From Paraspadella gotoi (taxonomy: Eukaryota > Animalia > Chaetognatha): a stretch of DNA of 64,000 nt. A program made the position numbers and the translations under genes. Under the pieces are notes generated by a model that worked only from the letters and a program-made list of their open reading frames with translations, had not been told where the DNA came from and ran no database searches. The DNA is taken from positions 882 to 64,881 of the forward strand of contig JBJCIZ010000957.1 in assembly GCA_051294375.1 (NCBI GenBank). Reading direction: 5' to 3'. Positions 29,261 through 43,643 of the stretch are shown here, one piece after another (the first letter of the stretch is position 1; each line of letters opens with the position of its first letter).

Positions 29261-31076
29261 GGAGATTTTCCATTTTTTGTCGTATCCAAATCTCCGGCGT
29301 TGTATGAGGCTGGAGAAGCTCCTTCTCCAGCAGTTCTTCGGTTGAACGGAGCTCTGTATCCTTTTCTTTAAGAAGAACTAGAATAGATTCGTTGACAACC
29401 TTTTTTAAAGTAATTTCATCTAAGACAGAAATTTTTTTAATTTGCTTTTAAAGCTTTTGGTTTTTATCAATCATGATTCTTTCACATTCTTTCACACCCA
29501 AAGATTATCTTTGGGTGGCATAGTATTACAACTGATGGAATAATTATTAATTATACAAATTAATTAGTTAATTAGGCAAAATCGTTGGCATTTTTGCAAA
29601 AAATGTTGAGGTTTTGGTTTTAGTTTCCATTTTTTAAAGGAATAAAAACAAAGACTTTCGCGAAGAGCAATTGTGTTGAACGTCGAGTCTACAAGGCGGT
29701 TTACATAGTTTTTACTCTTTGACTCTGAAGTTAATTGAAGAGAGCGATTAAAGTATTTTGATATTATTCAAGTAAACAGTACCAAAATGGTTGTGAGCAA
29801 AACAAAAAACTCATTGAACTGTCTCTCTCTCTTTAAATGGCTTTTTGTCATTGCTTCACTGTCTTACTATCTTTAAGGATTAAGTTATAAGAAACCTTCA
29901 TTTCAATAGTATTTTCATGTGCTTTTTTATTGCTTAATATTATTTTTTTTATCCTATCTGCTGATCCAACTATACATACTAGCTTTTTAATTTAAATTTA
30001 AATTTTTATATTAGATTAATAAATTTTTATTAAATTAAAATTTTACTGTGAAACGTTAATCTCATTTGCATATTGGAGTAACCCGATTTTTATTTTGGTA
30101 CCAAGGTAATATTCCCAAGGTTTTGTAAAGATATTCCAACCTGTCCCATAGGAAGCTTGCCAGACTAACATAGGCTTATTTTTACATTCGCCGACCGGGA
30201 TTGTGTTATTTGTTTTTCGCGTCTTATTAAATTATTCCCCCCCCTCTCGCCACCCCTGGTGAAGTTACCCATGTTTGGTATATTGACAATATTGACAATA
30301 TAAGTTAATTTTGCCCAAGGTCAATGATTTAACAAGTTAACCGCAGCAGTGACAGAATAATATTAATAATAATAATATTTTATTGTCCGAAAAAAATTAT
30401 TTTGATAGAAGCAGTTTGTTCGGTATAGCTAAGCTTTTTTTGAATTTTAATTGCATCATAATGATGCTTTGGGTCGTGGACATGTTTGATAAGTATATTG
30501 CCTTAATTTTTATTTATAGTCCTCACTCATTTTTATCATTTCTGACAAATTTTAAATTTTGAAGTTGTCCAAAAGCATAGCCTGTATTGAACTATGTTCG
30601 GAGAAATTGCTATGAAAAGCACTAAAAACCTAGTTACAGAATTCGATTAGAATCTATAGAAATCACGGGAACCAATCAGAATCAGCTGTCCACTGCCTGT
30701 ACTTAAGTATAAACAAAAGATCCTGAAGATGTCGCTGCGATCGCTGGAACGAAGGCACTTTCTGTGTCAGCAAAAAAGAACAAAAGAGCATCGAGGAAAA
30801 GTTGAAAATTAGAGATCTTGAGGAAATATAAAGGTTAGTTATTTCGCCCTAAAATCGCACATGAGTAAATAATATCACTTCTCATTATGGACACTACATT
30901 TATCTTTTCATGGCGCGCCTTTACCTGACACAGAAAACTTTTTGGCCTCATTTGTAACGTTACTGGAGACTCAAAATAATTGTCAAATCTATTTTTGATT
31001 GATTTGGGCGCAAAATGATACTGACACCTTATCTCCTATGGCTCACTGAGAACTTATTGGCCTTTCGATCATCGAT

Positions 31077-31283
31077 GCCCCCTTGCCGTATGACGGAGCA
31101 GTGAATCTCTCTCGCTCTCACTCTGGCTGGATGACTTTGAGTCAGGATCAAGATCGACAAAAACGACAACGATAATTTGAACGATGGATTAATAGTTTAG
31201 AGTTTCGGTTAGGGATAAGGTTAGTTTAGGGAATAGATATTAGGGATTAGGGTGGGGATTAGGGTTAGGGATTAGGGTTGTGA
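31077..31283 (+). repeat. Interspersed repeat ending in degenerate (TTAGGG)n; second copy at 49821-49985
   Basis: Both copies share GCCCCCTTGCCGT..GAGCAG and GATCGACAAA..ACAACGATAATTTGAA..GGTTAGGGATAAG..TAGATATTAGGG, then TTAGGG/ATTAGGG units. Confidence 0.75.
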
Positions 31284-33428
31284 TTAGGGTTAGGGATTAG
31301 GGTCATTTTTGACGCATAAAATGACGATGGAAGTAGCAAAAGATACAATTTTTGTGCGTGTGTTTGAGTCCGCTGCTTCAGGATCCGCAGCAAGGGGGAT
31401 TTTTTGAAAAAAGTGCCAAATTATTTTGTAATTTAAGTTAATAATATTTTGGTCAATGATAGAATAACCACTAAGCTTTCATTTGAGCTCTTTAACGATA
31501 ATTTTTATAAAATATTTTAAAATATCTTGCCATTTAAATAGAATTATAAGTTTTGCTTCTGGACACTGTAGAATTTTAATTTAAGTTAAATTTAGAATTT
31601 TTACTTCGCTTTAATATATATCAAGCTTTGTTGGGTCCTAATCAAGCTTTGATTCTCTGACTGTAAGTAATCAGCATGAGGTAAAACCTTTTCCAAAGCG
31701 TTCGAAAGATTAAAATTATATCCCAGGGAATAAATGAGGTTGTGGGCTCAAATTAAAGATTTTCAAGGTTGTCATCTGAAGTAGTTATCTTCAAATACGG
31801 TAATGTGTCTCTCTCTCATTTCAAGTCTATCTCTCTTTCTCCTTCTCTCTCTACTCTCTCTCTCTATTCTCTGTCTTTCCCTCCCATTCTCTCCACTTTC
31901 TCCAAAAATATCTTACTCCCCGATCTCAGTACATTTTTTTTCTTTCCTCTTGACAAGAAGACTTCAAGCGAGATTTGAACCCGTGACCTCTTGAGAAGTG
32001 TCTCGGCGCTAAAGTCGCAACAAAAAAAATATTTGCGTAGGAAATAAGAAGCTTGTGTCTCTTCGCGTATGGGATGTTTGTAGTGAGAATTAGTTACTTT
32101 TTATGTTTGTTAATTTTTACTAAGACAAAGAGTGCATGGAACATAAACCAAACAAACAAAAGTTAATAATATTAAAAATATTTTATTCATCATTATTTAC
32201 TTGTATTATATGCTATATAAAAAGGTAATATACAAGAAGCCCCCCGTATAGTTGAAACGGCCATTAAATGTCGCCAACAGCTTGAATCGTAAAAAAACAT
32301 TCTTGTTTTTTTCTTTGTTTTAAAAAATCCAATGTAGGTAAAAATTAAGTTTTGAAACTGTGCAAAACCGGTTCTTAGAAGATTTAACAAGTTTGGGCAA
32401 ACAATGTCGGATCTGCCTACGATAATTAAGGGGTAATCTGCTAATCAGATGATAAATCACGATAATTTTTTCAATTTGTGATCCTAACTGATCATAACAG
32501 ATCGTACCCATCTCAAAACAAAACCTCGTACGGTTTTAAAAGATCGTTTATCGAATCGAAAAGATCTTACCGCTCCAAAATCGTTTTTTTTCGTGTTTTT
32601 TTTTTTTTCTCTTTGGTCCTGAATCAACGAATCCGTCAAAGAACAGATTTCCAAACATGAAAAAAATAACTACTGGAGTTTCGAACTTCAACAAATTCAT
32701 TTTTATTTATTTAAATATCTTTCAGGTTTGTATTTTAAATATGTTTAAATGAAAATCGCTTGATTGACAAACATAAATTTCAACCGTTACATTAAAATTA
32801 TCATTTTTTTAAGATACTAAAGTATTGCAGTTGGTAAAATATTGGTAAAATATTGGAAATTGAGAGTGACCCGACTTGTTTTTCATACTCGTCAACCGAC
32901 AAGACTTCATATTAAAAGTTTTTGGCATTTCCATTTCCTGTAGAATCCAATAAAAAATTAGTTTAATGCTTTTCTCATTAAACTTTGAATATGTTTGATG
33001 AAACGTTGATTTACAAAAAAATTATCATTACAGTAAAATTATCATTTTTTTAAAGATATAAAGTCTTTGAAGTATTGCATTTGGTAAAACATTGGGATTG
33101 GGACTGACTGACTTGTATTTCAAACTGACAAGACTTTATAATAACATTTTTTGCGCTTTCATAGTTTAATTAGGTTTTTGATTAAATTATGATCAGTGAA
33201 CCAGATATAAACAAGTTTGAGCAAACAATGTCGGATCTGCCTACGATAATTAATTAATTAATCGATTAATTAATTAATTACTAAATTTTAATATGTAATA
33301 ATTAATTTTAAATTTATATTCAACTTATCATCATCGATGTCCTTAAAATTGGGTTAGGACAGTTATTAAATATGTTTCGTTTACATTTTATCAAAACAAA
33401 CAAATATCCTCTATTTTATTTTATGTCT

Positions 33429-33522
<94 letters not shown>

Positions 33523-33722
33523 TCCGAACTGAACGCACGCATGATATCTTTGCTCCGAATTTTTAAAAAAAAACTGGACTTAGAAAAAAAAATCGAAAAC
33601 CGGTGGACTTTGTGAATCAAGGCACAAAGAACTCAAGTTACGAAAATAAAGTTGAACTACTACAATCAGCCTATTAAAATGGATCTCCCAAATATCTTAA
33701 AAATCAAATAAAATACTCCAAC

Positions 33723-35738
33723 ATGTCGGGAAACGAAAATAATGGGCAAAATTCGACACGATCAGGTGAAGCAATGAATAATAAGCAAGGCAATGGCGCT
33801 GATTCTCGCAAAATTAGTAACAAAACCTTGGTGGCTCTGAAATTATTCAACTGAAGGGATCTTGGAAAAAAGTGAGTTGTTGGCGAACGAATTGAGCAAC
33901 GTCACAGCCAATAAAGGATTATCAAGTCCCCTTGCCCGAAATTTTGTTTGAACAGGCGACGCCGAATACAGCCAAAAGACTAAAACGTCAGCGGGATCAA
34001 GATTCGGTGAACCAGGGAACAAGATCTAGCGAAGTCATACAGGAAAAAAATATGAGCACTCAAAAGGAGCCTACGAGAGGTAGGAGTACACGAAAAGCTG
34101 CTATTTTGGTAGGAAATACATTGCCGACGGACGTTCGAAATGCAGAAAAAGCCTGGTATCTATAGTGCAAAAAAGCATACCCAGAGAGTAAACTTAGAGG
34201 AATTGAAGTGACACAAAGAGGAGATTTGGTGCTTGTGGGAAGCACACCAAAAGACAATAATGTCTTGTTGTTAGTGGATCGATGGTCCGAAAAACGAATA
34301 CAATTTTGTCCCAGACTCTCGGACGACAGCACCGCGGAACAAACCGTCACAATCCGCGGCATTGAACCGGACGTGGGAGAGGAAGAAATCGAAGGAGAAC
34401 TTCGACAATCAAATTACAGCCCTCGTCAATTCAGAGAATACGCGTCGGCAAGAAAAGAACACCTACTTGGACAGTGAAAGTAACCTTGAGGCTGACAAGT
34501 GAAGAAGACCGTCTTAATATGAAGGGTTCAAAATATATGTTTAAGAGATATAAGGTTAGAGAGTAACAAAAAGAATCCCCATTACTCAATGCTATAAATG
34601 CATGAAAATAGGACATATGAGCTTTGAATGCACGGCAGAGAAAGAAATATGTTCAAGGTGTGCAGGTGAACATCGAGTAAAGGATTGTATTGTTGAGGAA
34701 AAAAACCTCAAATGCGCAAATTGTGGGGGCAACCACGCCGCAACCTTTCGTGGCTGCAGGTATATTCGAGAAAAGATGGTACATCTACGAAGGCATGGCG
34801 ACCAAGACATTGCAAGGACAAATGACTCAACAACTGTGACTAAAAACAATCGGAGCTATTCCAGTGTCGTCTCACAGTCAGATAAACCTAACAAAGACCA
34901 TCTCAACGCCTGGATAATCCTAGAAGTGGTTCTTGAGATCCTGCAGGAAGCGGGGTTAGTAACTACACAAAACTCAACTGAGATTACGAGAAAAATCTGC
35001 CAGAGCTTACGGAAAAGAGGGAGACAGCCAAATGAGGCAGATATCAGAAAAGAAGCAGAATTATTAACAGCAAATGCGAGACAAAAGACCGGAGGCTCAA
35101 TTAGAAATTATCTGACCACAAGACCCTCACCCTCTCCAGCAGGCCCAAGACGTGCGTCGACATGTATTACACCTTCAACTCGACGAATGACGGGCAAAGC
35201 AATAGACGAAGGAAATGTCTTAACCCCAAGGACATCGTCAAAAGAGGTATCGGCGAGCTCAACATCAAATACAACCTTGCAGCGAGGTGAAGCCGCGCTT
35301 TGTACATTGAGAAATACAGCGGAAAGAGCAGATGGCCAAGTAGGTCAACAACAGCACAGCGAGGTTGAACTACAAGAAAATGCGGGAGCAAATCTTAATT
35401 CGAATCATGCTTCACAGTTAACGGAACCAACGTGGGACCAGCAGACTTATGGAAATGGAAACTGGAATCTGCTGATGCCAACATGGGGTGCGGCGAGGCC
35501 GGTCCCTGTACAGATGGAAGGACAACAATGCCCGGGTGGAACCACGAGGCAAACATTACTACCAGTACAGCAACCTGCTCAGACACAAGCACAATGGCCC
35601 TTCATCCAAGACACAATGAACTATCAGTACCCAGTACAAACCCCACGCCTAGTATACACACAACCGCAACAGATACCAGTACAGAATCGCAACCAAGAGC
35701 CGAGAGGACAGTTTCAGATCATTCAAAATGGCAACTAG
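33723..35738 (+). pseudogene. LINE ORF1 (gag-like nucleic-acid-binding protein)
   Basis: QCYKCMKIGHMSFEC, CSRCAGEHRVKDC, CANCGGNHAATFRGC; long Q/P/T-rich C-terminal region; the N-terminal half is broken by stops and frameshifts. Confidence 0.88.
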
Positions 35739-38594
35739 ATCTAAAATCTTCAGTATAGTACAGGTTAATGTAAATTCGATTGTACCAAGGAAAGATGAGC
35801 TAAATAATTTAATTGACAAACTAAACAACAAAAAAATCACAAAGACTATACTCATGTTCAATGATACCAGACTCAAGCACGAAGACAAATATTCCATATC
35901 AGGGTATATAATAAAAAGGAGAGATCATAAATCAAACAGCAGGTCGGCAGGCGGGGTGGCAATCGCCCTACCATCGGACTTTAAGATTTTGGATTCAACA
36001 TTGAGCAATGATAATGAATCTGAATACATTATCATAAAAACCGAACACAAAAATACAGGCAGGCTTATCATAGCAACAACATATATACATCCCAATGAGA
36101 GAGTAAAGACGAGTTTTTTTGAGAATTTAAAGAAAATGCATAATGATCGACAAAGTACACCAACCATTATTATGGGAGATTTTAATGCAAAAGTAAGTTC
36201 ATTGGAGGATCAGTCAAACACAAAAGGCAAAATACTAGCGAAACAACTAGAGGAATACAACTACACATGTGTCAACACACCGGATCCAACATACTACAGT
36301 TTTTTTAACAGCAGTAAGGCCTGCCTAGACCTGAGCTTTGTAAACCGGGAAGGTCTGAACAGAACCAAAAATTGGTCCACTCTTGAACCGATTATGAGCG
36401 ATCACCTGCCCACAAAAGTTGACCTTCAAGAACTAAACTCCTGTGAGTCATGCAGACTCAAAAAAAAAAATAAGTTGGTCGAGATTTCGGGAAGAACTTG
36501 AAAAAGAAAAAACAAAATTAGAGGTCAATGAAAATATGAAGAACAATGAAATTGAAGATTGGTGTGGTAGATTTTCAGCATCTGTCAAGAATAGTTTTGA
36601 GAAATCTTGTAAGTCAAAAGTAGTAAAAACAAAAAATGGTATCGATCTTTCAAAGAAATCTCGAAGCACTGATCTCTTTAAAAAGAAAAATTCACAATTA
36701 TCGAAGGAGAACTGACTGTGACGACAAATTAAGAATAATCTACAATCTAGTAAGTGGAGAAAGTCAAAAAATCTATTAAAGAAGATGTGAAGCAGTACTG
36801 GGCCACAAAAGTAGAAAAAATGGCGCAGACGCAAGATGCCAATGTCAAGTGGGGAATCTACAAGAAAATTGCAAACTTAGATCAGGTGGAAGTGGAATTG
36901 CCACGCTGATTCGAGAAGATGGAACAGAGGCAATTGGTGATAAGACAGAGCCGAGGTTCATGCAGAGAGGTTGAAATCCATCTACATCCCGACCTGGATC
37001 CGCTGTTCAGTAGTGAATGGGGAATCACAGTAGATAATTTTTGTGAAGAAAACAAAGAAAGGTTAACACCATTGGATTGCAATGAATTAAGGGAAGATCC
37101 GGAAGAGAGTGACTTCACAGAGGGGGAATTAGATATGGCCCTGAAGTGCTGCCAAAATAAATCAGCACCCGGCGAAGACGGAGTAACCTACCAAATGGTT
37201 AAAAATCTACCTGAGGGGGGCAAGCTCACACTACTGTTCGTGTACAACCTCTGTTGGAATCGCGGCTATTACCCAAAAGTATGGAAAGGGCAAAATTGAT
37301 AACCCTTCCAAAAAAAGGGAAAGATTTATCTGGGGCAAAAAACCACAGACCAATCAGCCTTCTATCTTGCGTTGGTAAGATCTTTGAAAGACTTCTTAAA
37401 CCAAGATTGACGAGAAGCCTAGATGCCCGCAACATGAGAAATAGTTTCAAAGTGGTTATAAGAAAAACCGAAGCCCACAGGACCATCTCTTTCGACTGAC
37501 AGAGACAATTTATCAGGCATTCAAGGCAAAAAAGTGTGTTGTCGGCCTTTTTTCTTGATGTAGAGCTGGCATTTGACCACCTTTGGTGGAACGGACTCCT
37601 GTATAAATGGATGAAGAAAAAACATGCACCGAGGATGCTAAGAATAGTAAGCCACTTTCTTACGGACCGAAGCATAATAGTCTATGAAAAAAATCAAAAA
37701 TCCTCTGTGATACCTATCAGTGCAGGAACGCCACAGGGTGGAGTGATAAGCCCGGACATATTCAACTCACACACAGACGACATCTTTGATAGTCGAAGAA
37801 ACAAAATCCATCTCAGTTTGCAGACGATCAGGCGGCTTGGGTAGTTGCGGATCATCCACTTGTGGCAAAAGTACAAATATGCAAAGTCATAAACCAACTG
37901 GAAAGTGGTGTAAAAAATGGAGACTCAAATTATCCCCAGCAAAAATCATATGTCATCTGTTTTAGCAGGCTGCAACGCCATCTTGACGTGGATATAAATA
38001 TCAGCCTATTTGGTAGTAAAGTGAAAGTTGTCAGAGAAGTTACCTTCCTTGGCTTACAACTAGACCAAAAACTCCTGTGGAAGGAAAATATAAACTGCGT
38101 AATTAGCAAGGCCAATCAGAGATTAGGCATTCTGAGAAGAATTCATAACTAAATCCGAATTGTCGAACATTAGTGCATAATCTGGCTAACATCATGAACG
38201 GACTCTTTTCGAATATGGAGCATAGTGCTTTCTCCCAATGTCCGAAGTACACTGGGCCAAAATAAGAAAAATCCAAACACAATATCTCAGGCTTGCATAC
38301 AACATACCAAAATACATAGCATCAGACAGGGTCCTGGACAGCACAGGTGAGAAATGCATTAAGTCACATCTAAAGGCATTTGCTTTGAGACGTCTGCTCG
38401 ACATGTACAAAAAGGTGTCAATTGTAAAGGAACTGATAAGGGAACATGAGGACAGTTTGAGAACAAACACGACTTACAAGACAGTGCTAAGCTGTATAAA
38501 CTGGATCCCCATCGAAGTTAAACCAAACTCCATACAGGAGCCTGTCTCTTCAATGCCAATATCGATATCCGGCACCATCGACACGCCAGTCTAA
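35728..38594 (+). pseudogene. LINE ORF2 (AP endonuclease + reverse transcriptase)
   Basis: APE motifs QVNVNSI, GGVAI, MGDFNAK, LDL, MSDHLP. RT motifs KSAPGEDG, HRPISLLSCVGKIFERL, FLDVELAFD, GTPQGGVISP, QFADD, FLGLQLDQKL. Several frameshifts; overlaps ORF1 by 11 nt. Confidence 0.93.
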
Positions 38595-39736
38595 AGATCA
38601 TCTAAAAAGACTGGCGGCCAACATCATCTCCAATTCTTGGGGAGCAAAAACTCGTTCTTTTGTAAACTAATAAATTAAAATTGATCGACAGTTATAACTC
38701 GTATATTCTTCTCCTTAGAAAAATATTCTTGTTTCGTGTCCCAAGAACCTTTTAATAAAGTTATTGACCGTGGTTGCGAGTTCATAAAACCTATATTTAG
38801 CCAATATGGTTAAATAATTTTAATATCTTTAGCTTCTGTTATTTAAATTTCGTTTTAAACTGAATAACACTTTCTATCCATTGTTTCGTACGATTAATTC
38901 AATAAACGTTGCTCATTGGTAGAAGTTGTAAAACTAAAAGAGTAGAAAAGGCAAGAAATTATGGACAAATAGTGATAGTAGTTTGGCGGTAAGACCCCGC
39001 CGGGGGCTCGCTTTTTTAATGTATTGTCAAGTTAGGATACCCTAGTAATTTTTTTAAATACCCTAGTATTTTTTTTTAAATTACTTTGATACTTTTACAA
39101 ATCGATAGATTTTAAGTATAAAGTTAAGCGGTAAGACCCCGGGGGCGCGCACAAACTTTTATTTGGCGATAAGACCCCTAGGAGGGCCCGCAAAATAGGA
39201 TCGCCCTAAGGGATGTTTCTCCTCATCCCGGGCGTTTTTAGTAATATCTTATCATCCTCATCATCTCTCTCTTTTTATGCAATTGCGACGATCTTTATGC
39301 TTTATCGGCTTTTAAGAATTTTTTAACTTGCATCATTTTTTCACATGATTTAATTAATTAATTAATTAATTAAAAATTTATTAGTAATCATTAATATTAA
39401 GATTCAAGTAAATGTGACTTATGTTTTTTCCATCTAAACTCATTCCACTGGCACTATTCCGTCAAAACTTTATATAATTATTATATATTAATAAATATTT
39501 AAAAGTTTCAGTGCAAACAACCCAATGAACTAAATTAATAAAGTTACATTGAAAATGCGATTTAGTAGTAAAAGGAAAAAAGAAATTTTTTGAGAGAATA
39601 GAAGTTATAAAAAGTGTTCAATTTGGCCCGCCTTACTAGATATTAGCGGAACAGGTTGAAAAAATCTAAAAAAGTATAGTGACTCGCCAACTCCTTACTA
39701 TCAAAGAAAATTAATAAAAAGTATTAATAATTCTAA

Positions 39737-40705
39737 TTTGCAAGTTGAAAAAAATTATAGCAAGTTAAAAAAAAGATTATGCAAGTTAATAAAATTAAAT
39801 AAAATTGAAAAAAATTATGCAAAGTTTAAAAAATTATGCAAATTGAAAAAAAATTATGCAAGGTTAAAAAAATGCATTAACTATTCAATTGAAAAAATTA
39901 TGCAAGTTGAAAAAATTATGCAAGTTGAAAAAATTAGGCAAGTTGAAAAAATTATGCAAGTTGAAAAATTATGGCAAGTTAAAATATTATGCAAAGTTGA
40001 AAAAATTATGCAAGTTGAAAAAATTATGCAAGTTGAAAAAATTATGCAAGTTAAAAATAATGCAAGTTGAAAAATTATGCAAATTGAAAAATTATGGCAA
40101 GTTAAAAAATTTAAATTGAAAAATTATGGCAAGTTGAAAAATTAGCAAGTTGAAAATTATGCAAGTTAAAAAATATGCAATTTAAAAAATTATGCAAATT
40201 AAAAAATAATGCAATTAAGAAAAATTATACAAGTTGAAACATATTATGCAAGTTAAAAAATTATGCAAAGTTGAAAAAAATTATGCAAGTGAAAAAATTA
40301 GCAATTGAAAATTATGCAAGTTGAAAAAATTATGCAAGTTGAAAAAATTAATGCAAGTTGAAAAAATTATGCAAGTTGAAAATAATTATACAAGTTGAAA
40401 AAAATTATGGCAAGTTGAAAAATATGCAATTCAAAAAATTATGCAAATTAAAAAATATATGCAAGTTAAAAACAAGCAAGTTGAAAAAATTATGAAAGTA
40501 GAAAAAATTATGCAAGTTGAAAAAATTATGAAAGTTGAAACAATTATGCAAGTTAAAAAATAATGCAAGTTAATAGCAAGTTAAAAAAATTATGCAAGTT
40601 AAAAAAATTATGCAAGTTGAAAAATTATGCAATTTAAAAAATTATACAATTTAAAAAAATTAATGCAGTTAAAAAAAGTAAGCAAGTTGAAAAAAGTATG
40701 CAGGT
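39737..40705 (+). repeat. ~18-bp minisatellite (AAAAAATTATGCAAGTTG)n
   Basis: ~1-kb visible tandem array within the HINE. Confidence 0.92.
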
Positions 40706-43269
40706 TGGCAAGATAAAAAACGACGACAGACAACATACGACGACGACGACTACGTACAAATCAGAATCAGAAGCAGTAGCGACGGAGAAAAAAGAAGAGA
40801 GAGAGGCGACATATAATTAAAGAGAGAGAAGGAAGTGACAAAAAGAAAAGCAAAAAAAAAGAAAGCTGAAATAAAATTTTTTTGGTAAAAAAAGAGAGAG
40901 AGAGAGAGGAGGGGAGAGAGATGAGAAAGAAGAGAGAGAGAAGTTTCCCCCAACGAGACGCATTATTAGGTCACTCTCGTTATATCGGTTTCCGTTGCCT
41001 CGCAACGGCGGGGTGAAATTGGGTCATGTTGATTTATTTATACACGTAACCGTTCCGTTGCCATCGAACGCGTTATTAGGTCATATTCCTCGACATTGTT
41101 TACTCGTTGCCCGACCGCAACGACCACGAATGTAGGTCAAGTTATGTTATTGTATTTTGGGATTTTGTATTGAGATAAAAAGATAAATGGCGATATAAAA
41201 GTTTTTAAAAGGAAAAAAATAATCAGAATTTTTCAAAATACGAACGAATCACGGCAAGAGGTCATACAGAGAGAGACAGATACACACAGAGAGAGAGACA
41301 GAGAAAGACAGAGAGAGAGACACAAAGAGAGAAAGACACACGAGGAGAGAGACAGAGGAGAGACACCACAGAGAAGAACCGCAAACAAATATTTAGAAAC
41401 GTGATAGAAATAAAATTGTATCTGTGTTGGGCCGCGCGGTTCCCCTTCGCGTTTTGAATCGCAAATGCAAGCATCTTCCCTGCGGTCCTGGATTGCGCGG
41501 GCTGGCCAATCCACCGGTCGAGAATTGGGAGAAGAATAATTCTACTTTTTACGCGGTTTCCACGCGCAGCCATTGAGGAAACGCGTTGGTCGTAGTATTG
41601 TAGAGTCGCATATGATCTTGTATATATGACGGCCAACCGTTTCTAAAACCCATGAGGGTTATACTATTCGATGCAACGGATTTTGTACCGTGTTTTTAAT
41701 CTGTTCTGTGTACCCTTGTTATTTAATCTGTTTTATAACTTTTGTTTAATTACTGTTTGTTTTTAAGTTGTTTTTAAATTGATTTTAATCGTTTATTCGT
41801 GCTTATATTTGATGTCAATACATGTTTTTAACCTCGCTAAACCTTCAAATTCGTGGCCGAGCGACTTTAGGTTATTTTAGGTACAAGATCAAACAAAAAT
41901 TGTTTTGTTAGTGTGTGATTAAGCATAAATTAACCTATATTTTTTCAATTGAAATAAGACTGAAGTCTTTTGTTCATCTAGTTCAAAATGAGGTTCAAAA
42001 CCTTATCTATTCGCATATTATTGAAAATGAATGAGATTGATATAGATTGTATGAAATGAAAACTTTTCGGTAAAGCTAAACTATTTTCAATATAACTATT
42101 ATTTTATATATATATTATATTATATATTATATATATTATATGTGTTATATTATTTTATATTATATATTATTATTACTATATTATAACTATTACTATTATA
42201 TAACCATTATAACTATTTTCACTATAATATTTTTGACTTCCAAATATTTTTTTACTTATCAAAAAAAATTTTATTTCCTCATCTTAAAAAAATTTTAATC
42301 TTGAATTAAATTTTAGATTGTTCTTTTTTTATGAAGAAACCAGACCGAGGTCAAATTTTATATTTGCATATTTAACTAATTTATAAATAGTTATCGCAAC
42401 TCAAATAATTATTATTTAAAAATGATTAATTATATACACTAAAAATATTTATAGATTTAATAAGTACAAATTATCCAGAATAACAAAAAAGGTAATGTTT
42501 AATTTGACTAGTATATCTCTGCTTCTCAACCTCCTTTTTTTGAGATATAATTGCACAATGAGCTGGGCCCAACCGCGTTCCAAAGTTAACAATTAATAAA
42601 TAAAAACAGGCCTGGCGAACAAGAGTCGAAAGCATGTCTGTGTGAATATAAATAAATAAACTTGTTGTAGTTACAAACTCTAAACTTTGTTTTCGTAAAA
42701 CACCAAAAACAGACAAAAAACGGAAAGGAATTAGGGCAAATTTATCATAATTTGATGTTCTGACATGATATAAGTGAGTATACGACAAGATTGAGGGGGC
42801 GGACCGACGACCGAAAAAGTGAATTATAGAGTCGGGATCTGCTGAAAGCAGATCCGACTTAAAAACCGGTTATCTTGCGCGATTTGCGAAGACACAGCCT
42901 AATCTTTTTTTCAAAACGATTGCGCTATTATTTTCTTTTATTGTACCGATTTCACTCATTGAAGAGATGTTGATTCCCGACGCTTTATGTTAAACAAGGT
43001 AATTCTGATATATGGTGTTTAAACTAGATAATACGTTATAGAGTTAAACATTTTCCTTTTCTATTTGAATTAAAAACAGGATGGAAAAAGTACACATGCG
43101 ACAACTGTTTGAGTTTCATACTGGGCTCTCGTACTGATTGTTGGACTAGTCATTCTTTATCGTGTTGGTCGCCAAAGAAAGTAAGCGAAGTTTTTTAAAC
43201 ATGACCATACTAGATACGATAAAAATACTAGTAAAAGAGACGAAAAAATTTTACTACAACGATTTAAAT

Positions 43270-43643
43270 GTTGTACATTGCACTAATGTATTATCATTTT
43301 ACTATTCTCTCTCTCTTCTCTCTCTCTCTCTCAATTGACCATTTCATTTCTTCTTCACAACTCACTCCTTCTGCCCTTACCTTCAACCTGTCCTCACTCT
43401 GACCACAATTCTTTTCTTACCACTTTGTTGGCAAACTTTCTCTGTCTCTCTGTTCTCTCTGCTCTCTCTCTCTCACTCTTCTTTAACACAAAAATTTTCA
43501 CAATATTCAAAAAACTGCTATTTGCCGTTGAAGACTTGTACAAAAGTCGAAACATGTCCATTGAATAAAAATAAATCGTAGTAAAAACTTTTTTCGTCTC
43601 TTCTACTAACATTAACGCGACGAAACGAAATGATTAACACAAT
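43270..43643 (+). mobile_element. Solo PLE pLTR with degenerate hammerhead
   Basis: Same layout as the other pLTRs (TTGTACATTG..(TC)n..CTGACCAC..TTTGTTGG..(TC)n). HHR relic CCGTTGA-AGACTT(GTACAA)AAGTC-GAAA-CATG-TC. A short inverted copy of its end lies at ~43232-43266. Confidence 0.7.

Larger units (their letters stand above)
33520..39264 (+). mobile_element. Near-full-length non-LTR retrotransposon (I/Jockey group), decayed
   Basis: ORF1 with three CCHC knuckles, APE-RT ORF2, a ~670-bp 3' UTR ending TATCTTATCATCCTCATCAT; flanked by (TC)n on both sides. Confidence 0.9.
33211..42859 (-). mobile_element. HINE family A copy interrupted by the LINE and other inserts
   Basis: 3' end at 33211. 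33230-33430 and 39270-39645 are the reverse complement of adjacent parts of 5745-6390. 5' end GAGTCGGGATCTGCTGAAAGCAGATCCGACT at 42829-42859. Confidence 0.65.

Noticed and set aside
29148-29345. Histone H1-like AAKS-repeat protein
   Set aside because: A 12-bp minisatellite with a TTG start and no supporting exon structure.
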